Part shown: in pieces, positions 19,091 to 31,461 of the stretch
Layout of the letters: every line of letters begins with the position of its first letter
How positions within the stretch are numbered: the first letter of the stretch is position 1
From: Octopus bimaculoides
Taxonomy: Eukaryota
NCBI RefSeq assembly: GCF_001194135.2
Contig: NC_068994.1
Coordinates: 55,061,724 to 55,125,723, forward strand
Length of the DNA stretch: 64,000 nt
Reading direction: 5' to 3'
Made by a program: the position numbers and the translations under genes
The notes under the pieces: generated by a model
What the model was told of the DNA's origin: nothing
Databases searched by the model: none
Seen by the model: only the letters and a program-made list of their open reading frames with translations

Positions 19091-22000
19091 AAAGATAGTT
19101 ACATGAGGAACATTTGTAATCTTGGGCTTTACTGGATTTGAACTAAAGAAAAGCAACCAACAGGTATCATCTTCATAGGTTCACCCTAACAAATCCACTC
19201 ACAAGACTTTAGACTTTGTGAGAGGATTAGTTAGACAGAAACTGAGAGAATCCTCTTTGTGTGTGTGTGTGTGTGTGGCCTTGTCCTGATATTATGTGAT
19301 GATTGCAAATGAGCATCACTGTTGTACAAATGGTGTTGATTTCCAGTCCTCTGTGGAAATATCACACAGGTGAGGGTTGGCAACAGAAAGAGTATCCAGC
19401 CATAGAGAAGCTAGCTCAAAAAATTCTGTCTAACCCATGCAAGCATGGAAAAGTGGATGTTAATACAATGATGATGATGAGGTTGAAAGCTGAGATAATG
19501 ATGATTATATTCAACAAAATGTTGATGTAATATTTAAAAGAAACCTCAATCTTTGAGGATAACTCTAAAATATAATTGTTGGTGAAGGCAGCAGGCTGGC
19601 AGAATTGTTAGCATGCCAGGCGAAATGCTTAGTGGTATTTTGTCTGCCATTACGTTCTGAGTTCAACATTCTGCCGAGGTCGACTTTGCCTTTCATCCTT
19701 TCAGGGTTGATTAAATAAGTATCAGTTATGCACTGGGTCGATGTAATTGACTTAATCCCTTTGTCTGTCCTTGTTTGTCCCCTCTATGTTTAGCCCCCTG
19801 TGGGCAATAAAGAAATAAATAGAATTATTGGTGAAGACCAAAAAAATCGAAATTCATGATTAGCCTACAGAAATACAAACTGAAAATATTCTTTTCTACT
19901 CTAGGCACAAGGCCTGAAATTTTTTTTTTTGGGGGGGGGNNNNNNNNNNNNNNNNNNNNNNNNNNNNNNNNNNNNNNNNNNNNNNNNNNNNNNNNNNNNN
20001 NNNNNNNNNNNNNNNNNNNNNNNNNNNNNNNNNNNNNNNNNNNNNNNNNNNNNNNNNNNNNNNNNNNNNNNNNNNNNNNNNNNNNNNNNNNNNNNNNNNN
20101 NNNNNNNNNNNNNNNNNNNNNNNNNNNNNNNNNNNNNNNNNNNNNNNNNNNNNNNNNNNNNNNNNNNNNNNNNNNNNNNNNNNNNNNNNNNNNNNNNNNN
20201 NNNNNNNNNNNNNNNNNNNNNNNNNNNNNNNNNNNNNNNNNNNNNNNNNNNNNNNNNNNNNNNNNNNNNNNNNNNNNNTTTTTTTTTTTTTTTTTTTTTT
20301 TTGTCGTTGTGTGCTTGTGAGTAAATTAAATTGACGAAAGTATAAATTTATACTCGAAAATAAGGACTGTTAAAATGGCCTTGCAAAGGCAACCATTGGG
20401 GGAATTTCCCCACTTATACTTTCGTCCTAACTTTGAAAAGAATGAGTTGAGCGTTAACGACTCACATCGCACGTGAGATAGGTAAACGGAAGAAAGAACA
20501 GAGATATCATCAAACGATGTTTTTTGATTTGCGAACGGCAATCTTGGATAATAACGTATAAGCATACTTGAAGCTTCGGAAATCAGTTCTGTGACATGCG
20601 ACGACTTAACTCGAGAAACACGTAGCACCAAAACACAAATCAGCAACAACAATAATTAGCTCACTGCTCACATCTGTTTTGATAAAGGGATTGTACATAT
20701 TTTCACAAGTATTTTATTTGATTTTAGGTGGGTTTTTAAACAAAGATATTTATGTTTTTTTAGGCATAACTACAAAGTTTTACCCTCCAGACTTTGGGAG
20801 GTCATAACTTTCAGAAAAATGAATATTTTTAAATGAAATTTTCTATGCATATAGTATTTACTATGTAGAATCTGAATATACAAAAATTTCCGAACCCTGT
20901 AGTTATGCCTGTTTTTAAATATATTCGTGGAGACAGACGTAAAAAAAACAGAGTTTATCGACGGAAGTCGAGGTATATTTTCTTACGTTTTAATCGCTTT
21001 AAAAAAAAAAATACGTGAAGTCGAAAAAAGACGTAACTCAAAATGACGTAGGTTCAAGTATGCCTGTCCCACTTTCTTTTTTCTTCACTCCAAGACTTTC
21101 TAGAGGGTTCCCATCTGTAATTTATTAGCTTTCACTTAACACTGACCTTTAGCTTGCACCCCCCCACCGCCAGTATTAAGGCTCTTCATCCAGCTCCCCT
21201 CTCTCCCTCCATCGCTAACCTTCCCCCACCACTCCCGTTACGGCTAGCCTGCTTGCATCGCATCCTGCACCCCACCCGAATCCCACCACCAGAGTTAATG
21301 TTGTTCACTCAGACCCCCTCACCTTTACTTCCAGCACTATTCTTCCCCTCCCTCCCCATCTGAATTCGAATTCTAATGCTGACCCCACTGATACTGCCAG
21401 TTCACCTCCAAGATCTGTTCTCTGCACCCGTACAAGTCGCTATCTGAAGACCATCAAATGCCACATGTGTAAGTCTAAGTTACCACAGGATCTGCGTCGG
21501 CATTACTGAAGTTCAAGCCGAAAGTTTTTTTTTAACTGGACATGCGACCGATGTCACTTCATCTCTGACACCCTTAGTAGAACAAAACTTTGCTTGATAT
21601 CCAGATCCTTGCTGAAGATTTTTCTGCCGCCCTCCAAGGTTTGTTCAAGCTGAAGCTTGCCAATCGGATCCCTAAGAGCCGGTGGCGGCTCGTATATAGG
21701 CACTGCAGAACTGCAGCACCCCCTATTTCCACTTGATATTATCGATAACATTCCATATAATGAGTCCTTTTTTTCTTTAATTCTTTCTTTATACTTGTAC
21801 ATTATATAATCCTTAAGCTTAATACCAGTAACCATTGTCTAGTTTATGAAAAGAATTTTAAAATCCTTGTATAGAACTGTGCGCTTCACAGTTCCAGCAT
21901 CGTGGTGTTTGGCAGTTGTGCGCATGCTCACATGTCCGAGATAGGAAGCTTCACTTGAAGTAAAGGAGTTTTAATAATAATTTTCTTCATTTTNNNNNNN

Positions 22001-23465
22001 NNNNNNNNNNNNNNNNNNNNNNNNNNNNNNNNNNNNNNNNNNNNNNNNNNNNNNNNNNNNNNNNNNNNNNNNNNNNNNNNNNNNNNNNNNNNNNNNNNNN
22101 NNNNNNNNNNNNNNNNNNNNNNNNNNNNNNNNNNNNNNNNNNNNNNNNNNNNNNNNNNNNNNNNNNNNNNNNNNNNNNNNNNNNNNNNNNNNNNNNNNNN
22201 NNNNNNNNNNNNNNNNNNNNNNNNNNNNNNNNNNNNNNNNNNNNNNNNNNNNNNNNNNNNNNNNNNNNNNNNNNNNNNNNNNNNNNNNNNNNNNNNNNNN
22301 NNNNNNNNNNNNNNNNNNNNNNNNNNNNNNNNNNNNNNNNNNNNNNNNNNNNNNNNNNNNNNNNNNNNNNNNNNNNNNNNNNNNNNNNNNNNNNNNNNNN
22401 NNNNNNNNNNNNNNNNNNNNNNNNNNNNNNNNNNNNNNTTTTAAATCATTGAAATACATGGAGGAAATTTTCCCTTTATTTTCATTTCTCAACTTTGTAT
22501 TTTTTTTTATTTATTTATTTATTTATTATTTTTTTTTGGGGGGGGGGGTTCCAATTACAAAGGTACATAGTTATCAGAACCAAAGAGCCGGATGATGCCA
22601 GCAGAAAATAAAGTCAAAAAGTCAAGAATTATGATATACATATCTTTTACTTGTTTCAGTCACCAGTCTGTGGCCATGCTGGGGCACCACCTTGAAGAAT
22701 TTTAGTCAAATAAATTGACCCCAGTACTGCTTTTTTTTTTTTTTTTCTCTTAAGCCTGATGCTTCTTATTCTATGGGTTCTTTTGCTGAACTGCTAAGTT
22801 ACAGGGACATCAATAAACCAACACCCATTGCCAAGCAGTGGGGGTGGCAAACACAAAAACACATGCACACACACCCACACGCATATGATGGGCTTCTTTC
22901 AGTTTCTATCTACCAAATCCTCTCATAAGGCTTTAGTTGGCCCAAGACTGTTGTTTGGTTGGCCCAAAGTGCCACATAGTGGAACTGAACTTGGAACCGC
23001 CATGTGGTTGGGAAGCAAGCTTCTTACCACACAGTCATGACTGTGCTTGGTTACAAATGTATGCGAACACTAAGGGGGGGGGGGAATTATATTCATAGCC
23101 GCATGCACACAGATTGCAGATGTACATGATACCAAACTGGATTCAAACTAGCAATTTAGTTAAACCCTTTAGCATTTAAACTGGCCATATCTGGCTTCAG
23201 TATTTTCCATTTTATGTTCATACCTGCCAGATCTGGCTTCTCACACCGACTCTACAATGTCATTCAAAAAAATAAACAGGCACAGGTGAGGCTGTGTGGT
23301 AAGAAGCTTCTTTTCCAACCACATGGTTCCGGGTTCAGTCCTACTGCATGGCACCTTGGGCAAATGTCTTCTACTATAGCCTTGGGCCAACCAAAGCCAT
23401 GTGAGTGGATCTGGTAAACAAAAACTGAAAGAAGCCTGTTGTATGTATGTGTGTGTGTGTATATG

Positions 23466-23515
<50 letters not shown>

Positions 23516-24505
23516 GCTTTATTAATAAAACATATTACTCTACCTCTGGTATTCGAGTACTATTTTTTCCACTTTGTTTCACATGTATGTGCTTACTCTG
23601 ATGTGTGTGTGTGTGTGTGTGTGTGTGTTTGTCTCCCAATTATTGCTTAACCCATTAGATATATATTGGGACAATGTACAAATTCAGGGCTTAGAAATCA
23701 AATGACAATCGGAGAGCCAACCAATTGAAACGATGTGTAAAACATAAATATTTACGAGCAGGAAATTTCAGCTTTGACAAAAATGGAAATAATCCTGGAG
23801 TATAGAATCTTAACACCAACACACTTGAGAAATTAAAAACAGCCATTTTGTTTATTCCTGAAAAATATTTTGTTAATTTTATATGGAGTGGATTAAAATA
23901 TACAGCAGCATTTTTTTTATTTTATATGTTTTTTTGAAGTGAAAGCTAGTTTAGAAGTGCAGTTGACAGTTTCACAGTTTCAAGTTACATGTAGCCATTT
24001 ATGCAGAATTGGTTTTACCTACAGAGCCATCATTCATTACAGAATGATAGTTTCACAGCAATCTAATGCATTGTGGGATATGCTGTTAGCTGAATTAAAA
24101 CTACACAGGCTGACGAGTAAATTATTTGTCTTTAATTGCAATGTTTTGTTCTTATGTGCATATCTGTGTGTAGTTCCAATAAGATCACAGCTAATGGAAT
24201 TGGAAATCAAATAAAAGATTACAAAAATATGAGAAAATATGGATACAGTTGTGTATATATGTATACATACATAAACACACACATAAGTGTGTGTATATGT
24301 ATGTATATGAATGTTTGTATGTCTCTATGCATAAATGTAAATGTATATCACACACACATATATGTATGCATGTATATATGTGTGTGCATGTATATATATA
24401 GAGACGGAGAGAGAAACTAACAGATAAATAAATATATATACATGCAAAAACATACATATGCATATATATATTTAAACATACATACATATATATATCTATA
24501 AGTAC

Positions 24506-24556
<51 letters not shown>

Positions 24557-24667
24557 TATATATGTACTATATGGGCTATCATGTGCATGTATTTTTCTTT
24601 CTTCATGCATATTTTATTCTATGCATTTCCAGGTTTGGGGCAGAAATGGCTAAGAATGTTATCCTGA

Positions 24668-25383
24668 TTAAATTGTAGTTATTTTGGATGATATTTGAAC
24701 TGGTCGTCTCGATGCCAGTCCCACATGACTTGGCAATCCACTTTTTATCAACTGTTCAGTTGCAATATAGCATGGCTTTAGAATAAGCTTGTTGGTTGAA
24801 TTCAGCTCATCAACATTGTAACCGTACAGGTGTTCTCTAGGGATTCTGTTTGGAGCACTAGGTTCAGGTAAGAGTGGTGCATATTTCTGCATGGTTTTGA
24901 CTAGCACACTGTGTAGAATAGTCTTTGGGAGCTTTTCATCTGCATTCTTTAAAAAACCAACTTTATCCTGAATTTTTTTTCTTACAACATAGTCCTGTTC
25001 GTCCTGGCGTACAAATCTCTGTGGTTGAATCAGAGTGTTCGGTTGTTTCAAACCTAAAGCTGGAATTTTCTTTAGATCGTGTTTTTTGTTTGCTTTGGGT
25101 GTGATATCAAGGCAATGTACTGCAGTGTCTGCTGCATTTTGATTGTATCTATGTATTTGCTTTGCACTTGAAAGGAAAGGATCTGGGTATGGTTTGGGCT
25201 GTTGGGGTGCAAAATAGTCAAATGTGTGGTTTTCCTTGAGCCAGTCCTTTAGACAAAGTGTTTCATGCTGGCATGAATGTTTTGGAGTACAGTCAATACC
25301 ACAAATATAACAAATAACTCTAGTTGTGTTGTAATCATTACTGAACTTCGTAGATTCATACTTGGAATCTTCTGAAAGCATTC
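24668..25383 (-). CDS. ZNF474-like single C2HC zinc-finger protein, paralog B (237 aa if ATG at 25381 is the start)
   Basis: Acceptor ttgtttatag at 25384-25385, then ATG at 25381. Translates MLSEDSK...CYICGIDCTPKHSCQHETLCLKDW...PDPF...YNQNAA. TAA at 24668 and AATAAA at 24613-24618 (minus). The C-terminal 63 aa are 35/63 identical to paralog A without gaps. Confidence 0.83.
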
Positions 25384-25650
25384 CTATAAACAATAAGAAA
25401 GAGATATTAAGATACAGGCAATTCATATATCTATAAAATTTAGATTCAAGGTGAATATGGTACTTAAGTTTAGGCACCAGAATTATCCAAACAATCCCAA
25501 AATAAGGTGATTAAAATCAAAATAAGCAACAAGGATATCCAAAGTTAATGCAGTACAATCGTTTCATGCGACTCCATTTATTTAAGCAATGTGAACATTA
25601 CATCAAATGTAAAATGCAGAGCAATCTTCAGCTGCACAAAGATATAGAAC

Positions 25651-25860
25651 TTTAATGAAATTACATTTCAACAGAAGGACATGTTTTTATAACTGCATTT
25701 AAATTCTCCAAGTAGAAAGGAAGAATACAAAAAAACATTTTGACTTAGCCAATATGGTCTGGCTAAGTCAAAATGTATTTTTGTATTCTTCCTTTCTACT
25801 TGGAGAGTTTAAATGTAGTTACAGCAATATGTCCTTCTGTTGAAATGAAATTTCAGTAAA
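25651..25860. repeat. Near-perfect 210-bp palindrome (101-bp arms, 8-nt loop)
   Basis: 25651-25751 versus the reverse complement of 25760-25860 gives 92/101 identity with no indels. The loop is atatggtc. Confidence 0.92.
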
Positions 25861-28800
25861 TTTCTATATCTGCGTTTTGAGTTCAAATTCTGCTGAGGTT
25901 GACTTTGCCATTCATCCTTTTGGGGTCAATAAAATAGGTATCATTTGAGCACCGGGGCAGGTGGGGGGTGTAATCGACTTAGCACCCCTCCTCCGCACCC
26001 GAAATTGCTAGCCTCGTGTCAAAATTTGAAACCGTTGTTAGAATCAATGTGAAATGACAAACTGGCAGAATGGTTAAGCAAAGCTGGACATTTTGTCCGT
26101 TTTTATGATCAGAGTCCAAATTTCCCCATGGTCGACTTTGTCTTTCATCCTTTTGAGATCGATGAAATAAGTACCAGTCGATCACTGGGAATCGATATAT
26201 CGACCGACCTGTGCTTATAATAGAAAGGATTATTAGAGTTAATGTGGCAAAAAGAAAATAAAACAAAAACTATAAAATCATGTGGAACTCACCGTACAAT
26301 GCTTCATGGCTGCATAGAATCTCCACATGTGGAGAAAACAACACAGAAAAGAAGACATGTTTTTCTCATATTTTTAGAAGATAATTACTTGATTAGATAA
26401 ATTAAATGAAAGAATATTGTTCTAATGATTGAGACCATATAAAACGGCACGAAGCCCGACTCACAGTTGTCCCCCTTTATATCATTTATTTAATCACCTT
26501 GATAGTGATGTCCCATTAGAGTCATTGCTGACCCCTTCTCTTGAAATCAGAGAGGGGGTTAATGTGAATAGCGCAAGGGTAATTTGGAACCAGGAGATAA
26601 GTAGAAATGTGGTGGTGGTGGAGAGTAACTCGAAGTCCTTACGTTGGACAAATGTAAACAAATCAGAAAACGAACCATTACAAGAAGAATTTGTCGATTC
26701 CAGAGCCAAACTAAAGTTTTTTTGGGGTTCCCCCCACAAAACCCAACTGTATCATCCAGCCCAATGTTTCTCAACCATCTTTTTTTTTTTTTACTTATGG
26801 ACCCCTTTGATCCCTATTTTACGTGGACGGATCCCCATAGTCATTCGATGTTTTAAAAAAATCCCATTATATTTTATAATTAAATATAATTCGGAATTGT
26901 ATAAAAATGGTTATTAAATGTTTTGTGTATTGCAAAAGTATAACCAATTTATTGCAGATAAATTTCAGCAACAAAATCTTATATGGGACCCCAAGAGCCA
27001 TATGGACCCTGGACGAAAGCCACTAATCCAACCTTACAGATGCATGCTGAGGATTAAGTCTGTTTATTCTGGAGGCGAGAGTCACACTTGAACGATTTCC
27101 AGCATAGAAAGTTTAGTTGCAAGAATAAGAAGTGGATGGAGAAAGTTCGGAGAACTTTTATCTTTGTTGGTAACAAAAGACCCTTTTATCAGATTGAAAA
27201 GCAGATTGTACAACAGTAATGCTACATGGTTGAGTAACTTTGAATGTGAATACAGAAGATATGCGAAGACTAGAAAGAAATGAAAGTAGCATGCTCCGAT
27301 AGATGTACAATGTCAGTGTGCATGTACAACACAATACAAATGTGCTGAGATAAAAATTGGGCATAAAAAAGCATTAGATGTGGTGTGCAGGAGAGAAGAT
27401 TGTAGATGGATTCGGACAGCTGTATAAAGAAGTTTCTTACTCACACAGTCACGTTTCCGCTTATATATATATATTTTTTTTTTTTCAGAAAGTCATGAGG
27501 AAACAAAGACGGGGTTGGGGGTACTCTTGTGTAAGTATGCTGATCATTTAAAAACGTGGGGTGTAGTTGATTTAATTGATTGCACCTTACTAATACCTAT
27601 TCGTTTTACCTCGCAGGTCGGGACATAAGACAAACTTAGCTCCAGTGGAACTCCGGGAATAAAGGGACATAACTAAATACTGCCTGGCGTTTTTTCCGGC
27701 GTCGATTGGCAATCGGTCATTTTAGATTCTGATTTATCGAAAAATAATCAATATATTTGTTGGACGGAACAAAAAAAAAAAAAAGCAAAAAAACCCCCAA
27801 ATAACTAGATATTAAAAACGATATTTACCAAAGCGATCGAAATCCTCGATGGAGTTCATTTTCTAAAACGTGACTTAAAATTTAAAAGAAAATAAAAATA
27901 GAAAACAGGAAAAACGGCCGAAATCGCCGTCTTTAGGTCGTTTGTTGCAACTGATCTGTGGAACGCAAGAGTGATATATATTGATTCGTACGTACGTACC
28001 TATGTATGTATGTATGTATGTATGTATGTATGTATGTATGTATGTATATATGTATGTATGCATGTATGCATGTATGTATGTATGCATGCATGCACACACA
28101 CACATATACATATACCTAAAAGGAGAGAAATGAGAGATGAAATAAAGTTATAGCCACACACACACACAGAGAAAAAACTTAAGATAAGACTTAACTGCAT
28201 TATTTGTCGATTCTAGGAACTATCATTTGCGCTACAGTTTCAAATGCAGCTGAAGTTGACTATCTTCCATCCTTCTAGAGTGAATAAAATAAAATATCTT
28301 TCAAATACTCAGTTCGCTATCATTGATTCTTACATCACATCCACCAAACTGCCTCCGTTACAAAATAGGTGGATTCGAAAACAGGAAACTGTACTCAATG
28401 ACTTTGAATCTGTCTGTTTGTCTGCCTGTCTTACCTTTATTGCGGAAGCAGTAATCACAGACGCTCTGTAATATAAACGGTAATGCTTTTTAGGCACTTC
28501 TACACAGTATCGTCCTGCACGGGCCTCGATCCCTTTTTGCCAATCCATATAGTTAATAAAGAAATCATTATCATTATTGTTAGACAGGCTTTAGTGTCCG
28601 GTGAAAGATGTTCTGTGATGGACAAGACAGAAAGAACTGAAGACAGACACCTTTCCTCTTTGGTCAAGCCCTCATCAACTTTTTCAAGTTTTTATTTGAA
28701 AAGAAAAGTGAGACTGGAGAAGGATGTGCTGTTACATTCCGTGTCACGCTGAATAGGCGTGTCTGTGGTGTACTCAGCCACTCGCACGTTAATTTCACGA

Positions 28801-29230
28801 GCAAGCTGTTCCGCTGATCGGATCATCTGTGACACTCGCTGTCGTAACCGACGGAGTGCCAGTATACACACTGATATTTTAAATCTAAGACTGCTTATCT
28901 GTGTTCCGTCTTTCATGCACGCAAATATTACACATCCAGCGAAACATACTCGGATTTAGTTTCTTTTCAGCTTTCATACACCGTCTGCTTTCGACGTCCT
29001 TGTTTCGTTACCTCATAGAATCGACTTTTTATACAATCATCATACAATCTTCTCTTCACTCAAAGATAGAACCCTTTTATTGTCAACAGAAGTAACATTA
29101 TTTTTTACAAACGCTTTTTTTTTTCACCTCGTTGTTCTGTGGCCACCGTATTTTTACAACGATCTCCTCTGTTACTGATTATGTCTCTTAGATGACAGAA
29201 GCTATCAACTACTTTTTAGGAGTCTTTTGA

Positions 29231-29830
29231 GTGAATCCAAACGGAATAGTGGAGCGCTTCCATCGACAGTTTAAAGCCGCGTTTCACGCTTATCCTGATA
29301 ATCAATGCTGGATCGAGTACCTCCCAATAGTACTCCTTGGCATTCGAACTTCGTTCAAGGAAGACCTCGGTTTCTCTCCAGCTGAGCTGCTGTATGGTGT
29401 TCCATTGTCTTTACCGGAGCAGATGCTTGTCCCAGTAGATCTGTCGACTCAAGATCCTACTCTTTATGTGAACCACCTTCGTACATACCTTCAAGACCTT
29501 CGGCCGATGAACACTCGGCACCAAACCGTGAAACCTGCAGTCCCGAGGGACATAGCTTCGTGGATCCACGTTTTCGCCAGAGAAGTCCTTTCACTAAACT
29601 TTACTTAGGACCTTATCGTGCTAACAAACATTTCACTATTGACTTGAATGGTTCCAGAGACACTGACTCTGTTGATAGACTTAAAGGGGCCTATACAGAT
29701 GCACATACCTCGGTGTCTCATACACCCCTACACACACGTCTCACCCACCTCCACCAACACACGAAACGACAACCCGTAGTAGTCATCGCGTCCATTGGCC
29801 CAAGAGACTTTACAAGACTATATATATGAA
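29231..29830 (+). mobile_element. Degraded Ty3/Gypsy LTR retrotransposon, integrase C-terminal remnant
   Basis: NGIVERFHRQFKAAF...LPIVLLGIRTSFKEDLGFSPAELLYG is integrase-core-like. After a frameshift comes LYLGPYR..KHFTIDLNG..SVDRLK (GPY/F module), then TTRSSHRVHWPKRL, typical of a Gypsy pol end. A PPT-like gagcggcggg followed by tac-TG at about 29980 may mark the 3' LTR start. Confidence 0.85.
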
Positions 29831-31461
29831 CTTGCTCTAAGTGCCTGTTATTTTCGCATACTTGCATTTGTAATATTGCTTTCCTTGATGTATTCATGTT
29901 TTTCCCTTGTTCGAACATTTCACTCTGCATTTTCTTTTCTTGCTGCATTATTGTTGCTTGTAGTCTGAGCGGCGGGTACTGTAACATGTCAAGAAATCTA
30001 TTTTAGTTGTCGCGTCATAGCACAGTTGTGCTATGGCATACTCCAGCCAATCAGGGTTGTGCGCGTATTAATACCAAAGCAGTTCTCTGCCCAAGAAGAG
30101 AAGCGCGTGTTTTAACTTGTTAGCGGAAAGACTGATTCAGCTTCGAGAAGTTGGTCGTTGGAATTCCCACAGTTGATAGACGATTTTGGATTATCGTATT
30201 TTCCAGTTTATAAAACGCATCGGCATTTAAGCCGCAGAGCCGAATATGGGGGAAAATTTTGGTTTTATCCACACATAGAGCGCACCGGTGTTTAAAAGAC
30301 CTATAGAGCCACGGGTCCGCTGCTAGCATTTTTGTTGTTGACGTGTATGTGATTGCAAAAGGCTTTATTTTACAACTATGAGATGTATTGTTATTGCTAT
30401 GATTTAATCTTACTGTAATCAGCAACAAACGTATCATTTATCTGAATATACGGGTGATTTCCGCATGTCCTACTTTGCTGGCATTTACCACGTTCAGATG
30501 GTGCTGTTTACGTACCACAACTACAATTTCTATTTGATTTCATTTTGATGTTGATATACTTGACTCAATATGTCTCCTCAAGCACGGCATGTCGCCCTAC
30601 GATCCAAGGGTATTTTTTGAGTTGGGTTATACTTTTACAATTCTTTTATTCTTGTACTTGTTTGTCATTTGACTGTGGCCATGCTGGAGCACCACTTTTA
30701 GTTAAATAAATCGACCCCAGGACTTATTCTATCGGCATCTTTTGCCGAACTACTAAGTTACAAAGGACGTAAACACACCAACATCAGTTATCAAGCGATT
30801 GGGGGTGGGGACAAACACACATATATCTATCCACCCTGCACCTAAAATCTCTCAACTGACACAAAGCCACACAACCCAATACTACTCCACCATTTGAAAG
30901 GTTTTTATCTTGCAAGGTGCTTGGTGACCCCGTTGGTGTTGCTGCCACATAAAACGCACCCTATACACTGTGTAGAATGGTTGGTGTTAGGAAGCTGTAG
31001 GCAACCATGCCACAACAGACAACAGGATGTGGTGCATCATCATCATTTAACGTCTTGTTCATGCTGGAAGGCTGCGCCAGACGCCAGTCTGATTTACCAT
31101 GGTTTTCTACGGCTGGATGCCCTTCCTAATGCCAACCACTCCAAGCATGTAATGGATATTCTTATGTGCCACAGGCACGGGTGCCATTTGCGTGAGACTG
31201 GTATCTGCCACAACTGTAATTTTTCTCAGCTTGATGGGTTTTCTTCTCAAACATGACACAATGCCAAAGGTCTTGGTCATTGCCTCTATGAGGCCAAACA
31301 CTCGAAAGGCAAATCACCCAACCCATGCCAGCATGGAAAAGCAGATGTTAAACAATGATGAGGATGATGATGTAATGGTAGGAACAATAAAATGAAGAAG
31401 CCATTGCTGAAAGAAAAATACTGACGAACAACAAAACGGTTGGTATGGTTTTTTTTTCCAG

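Noticed and set aside
21480-21990. Minus-strand ORF fragments (ASYLGHVS...FKIL; ORF 21554-21835) faintly like a GIY-YIG retroelement
   Set aside because: Too degraded to classify by eye; a profile search would be needed.
26429-26917. 162-aa + strand ORF
   Set aside because: No recognisable motif or splice partner; its 3' half runs into a MITE-like repeat (caatgtttctcaacc, about 26762-27030).
30120-30437. 105-aa minus ORF in the CpG-rich patch
   Set aside because: No motif, splice signal or paralog support; treated as promoter/LTR-like sequence instead.
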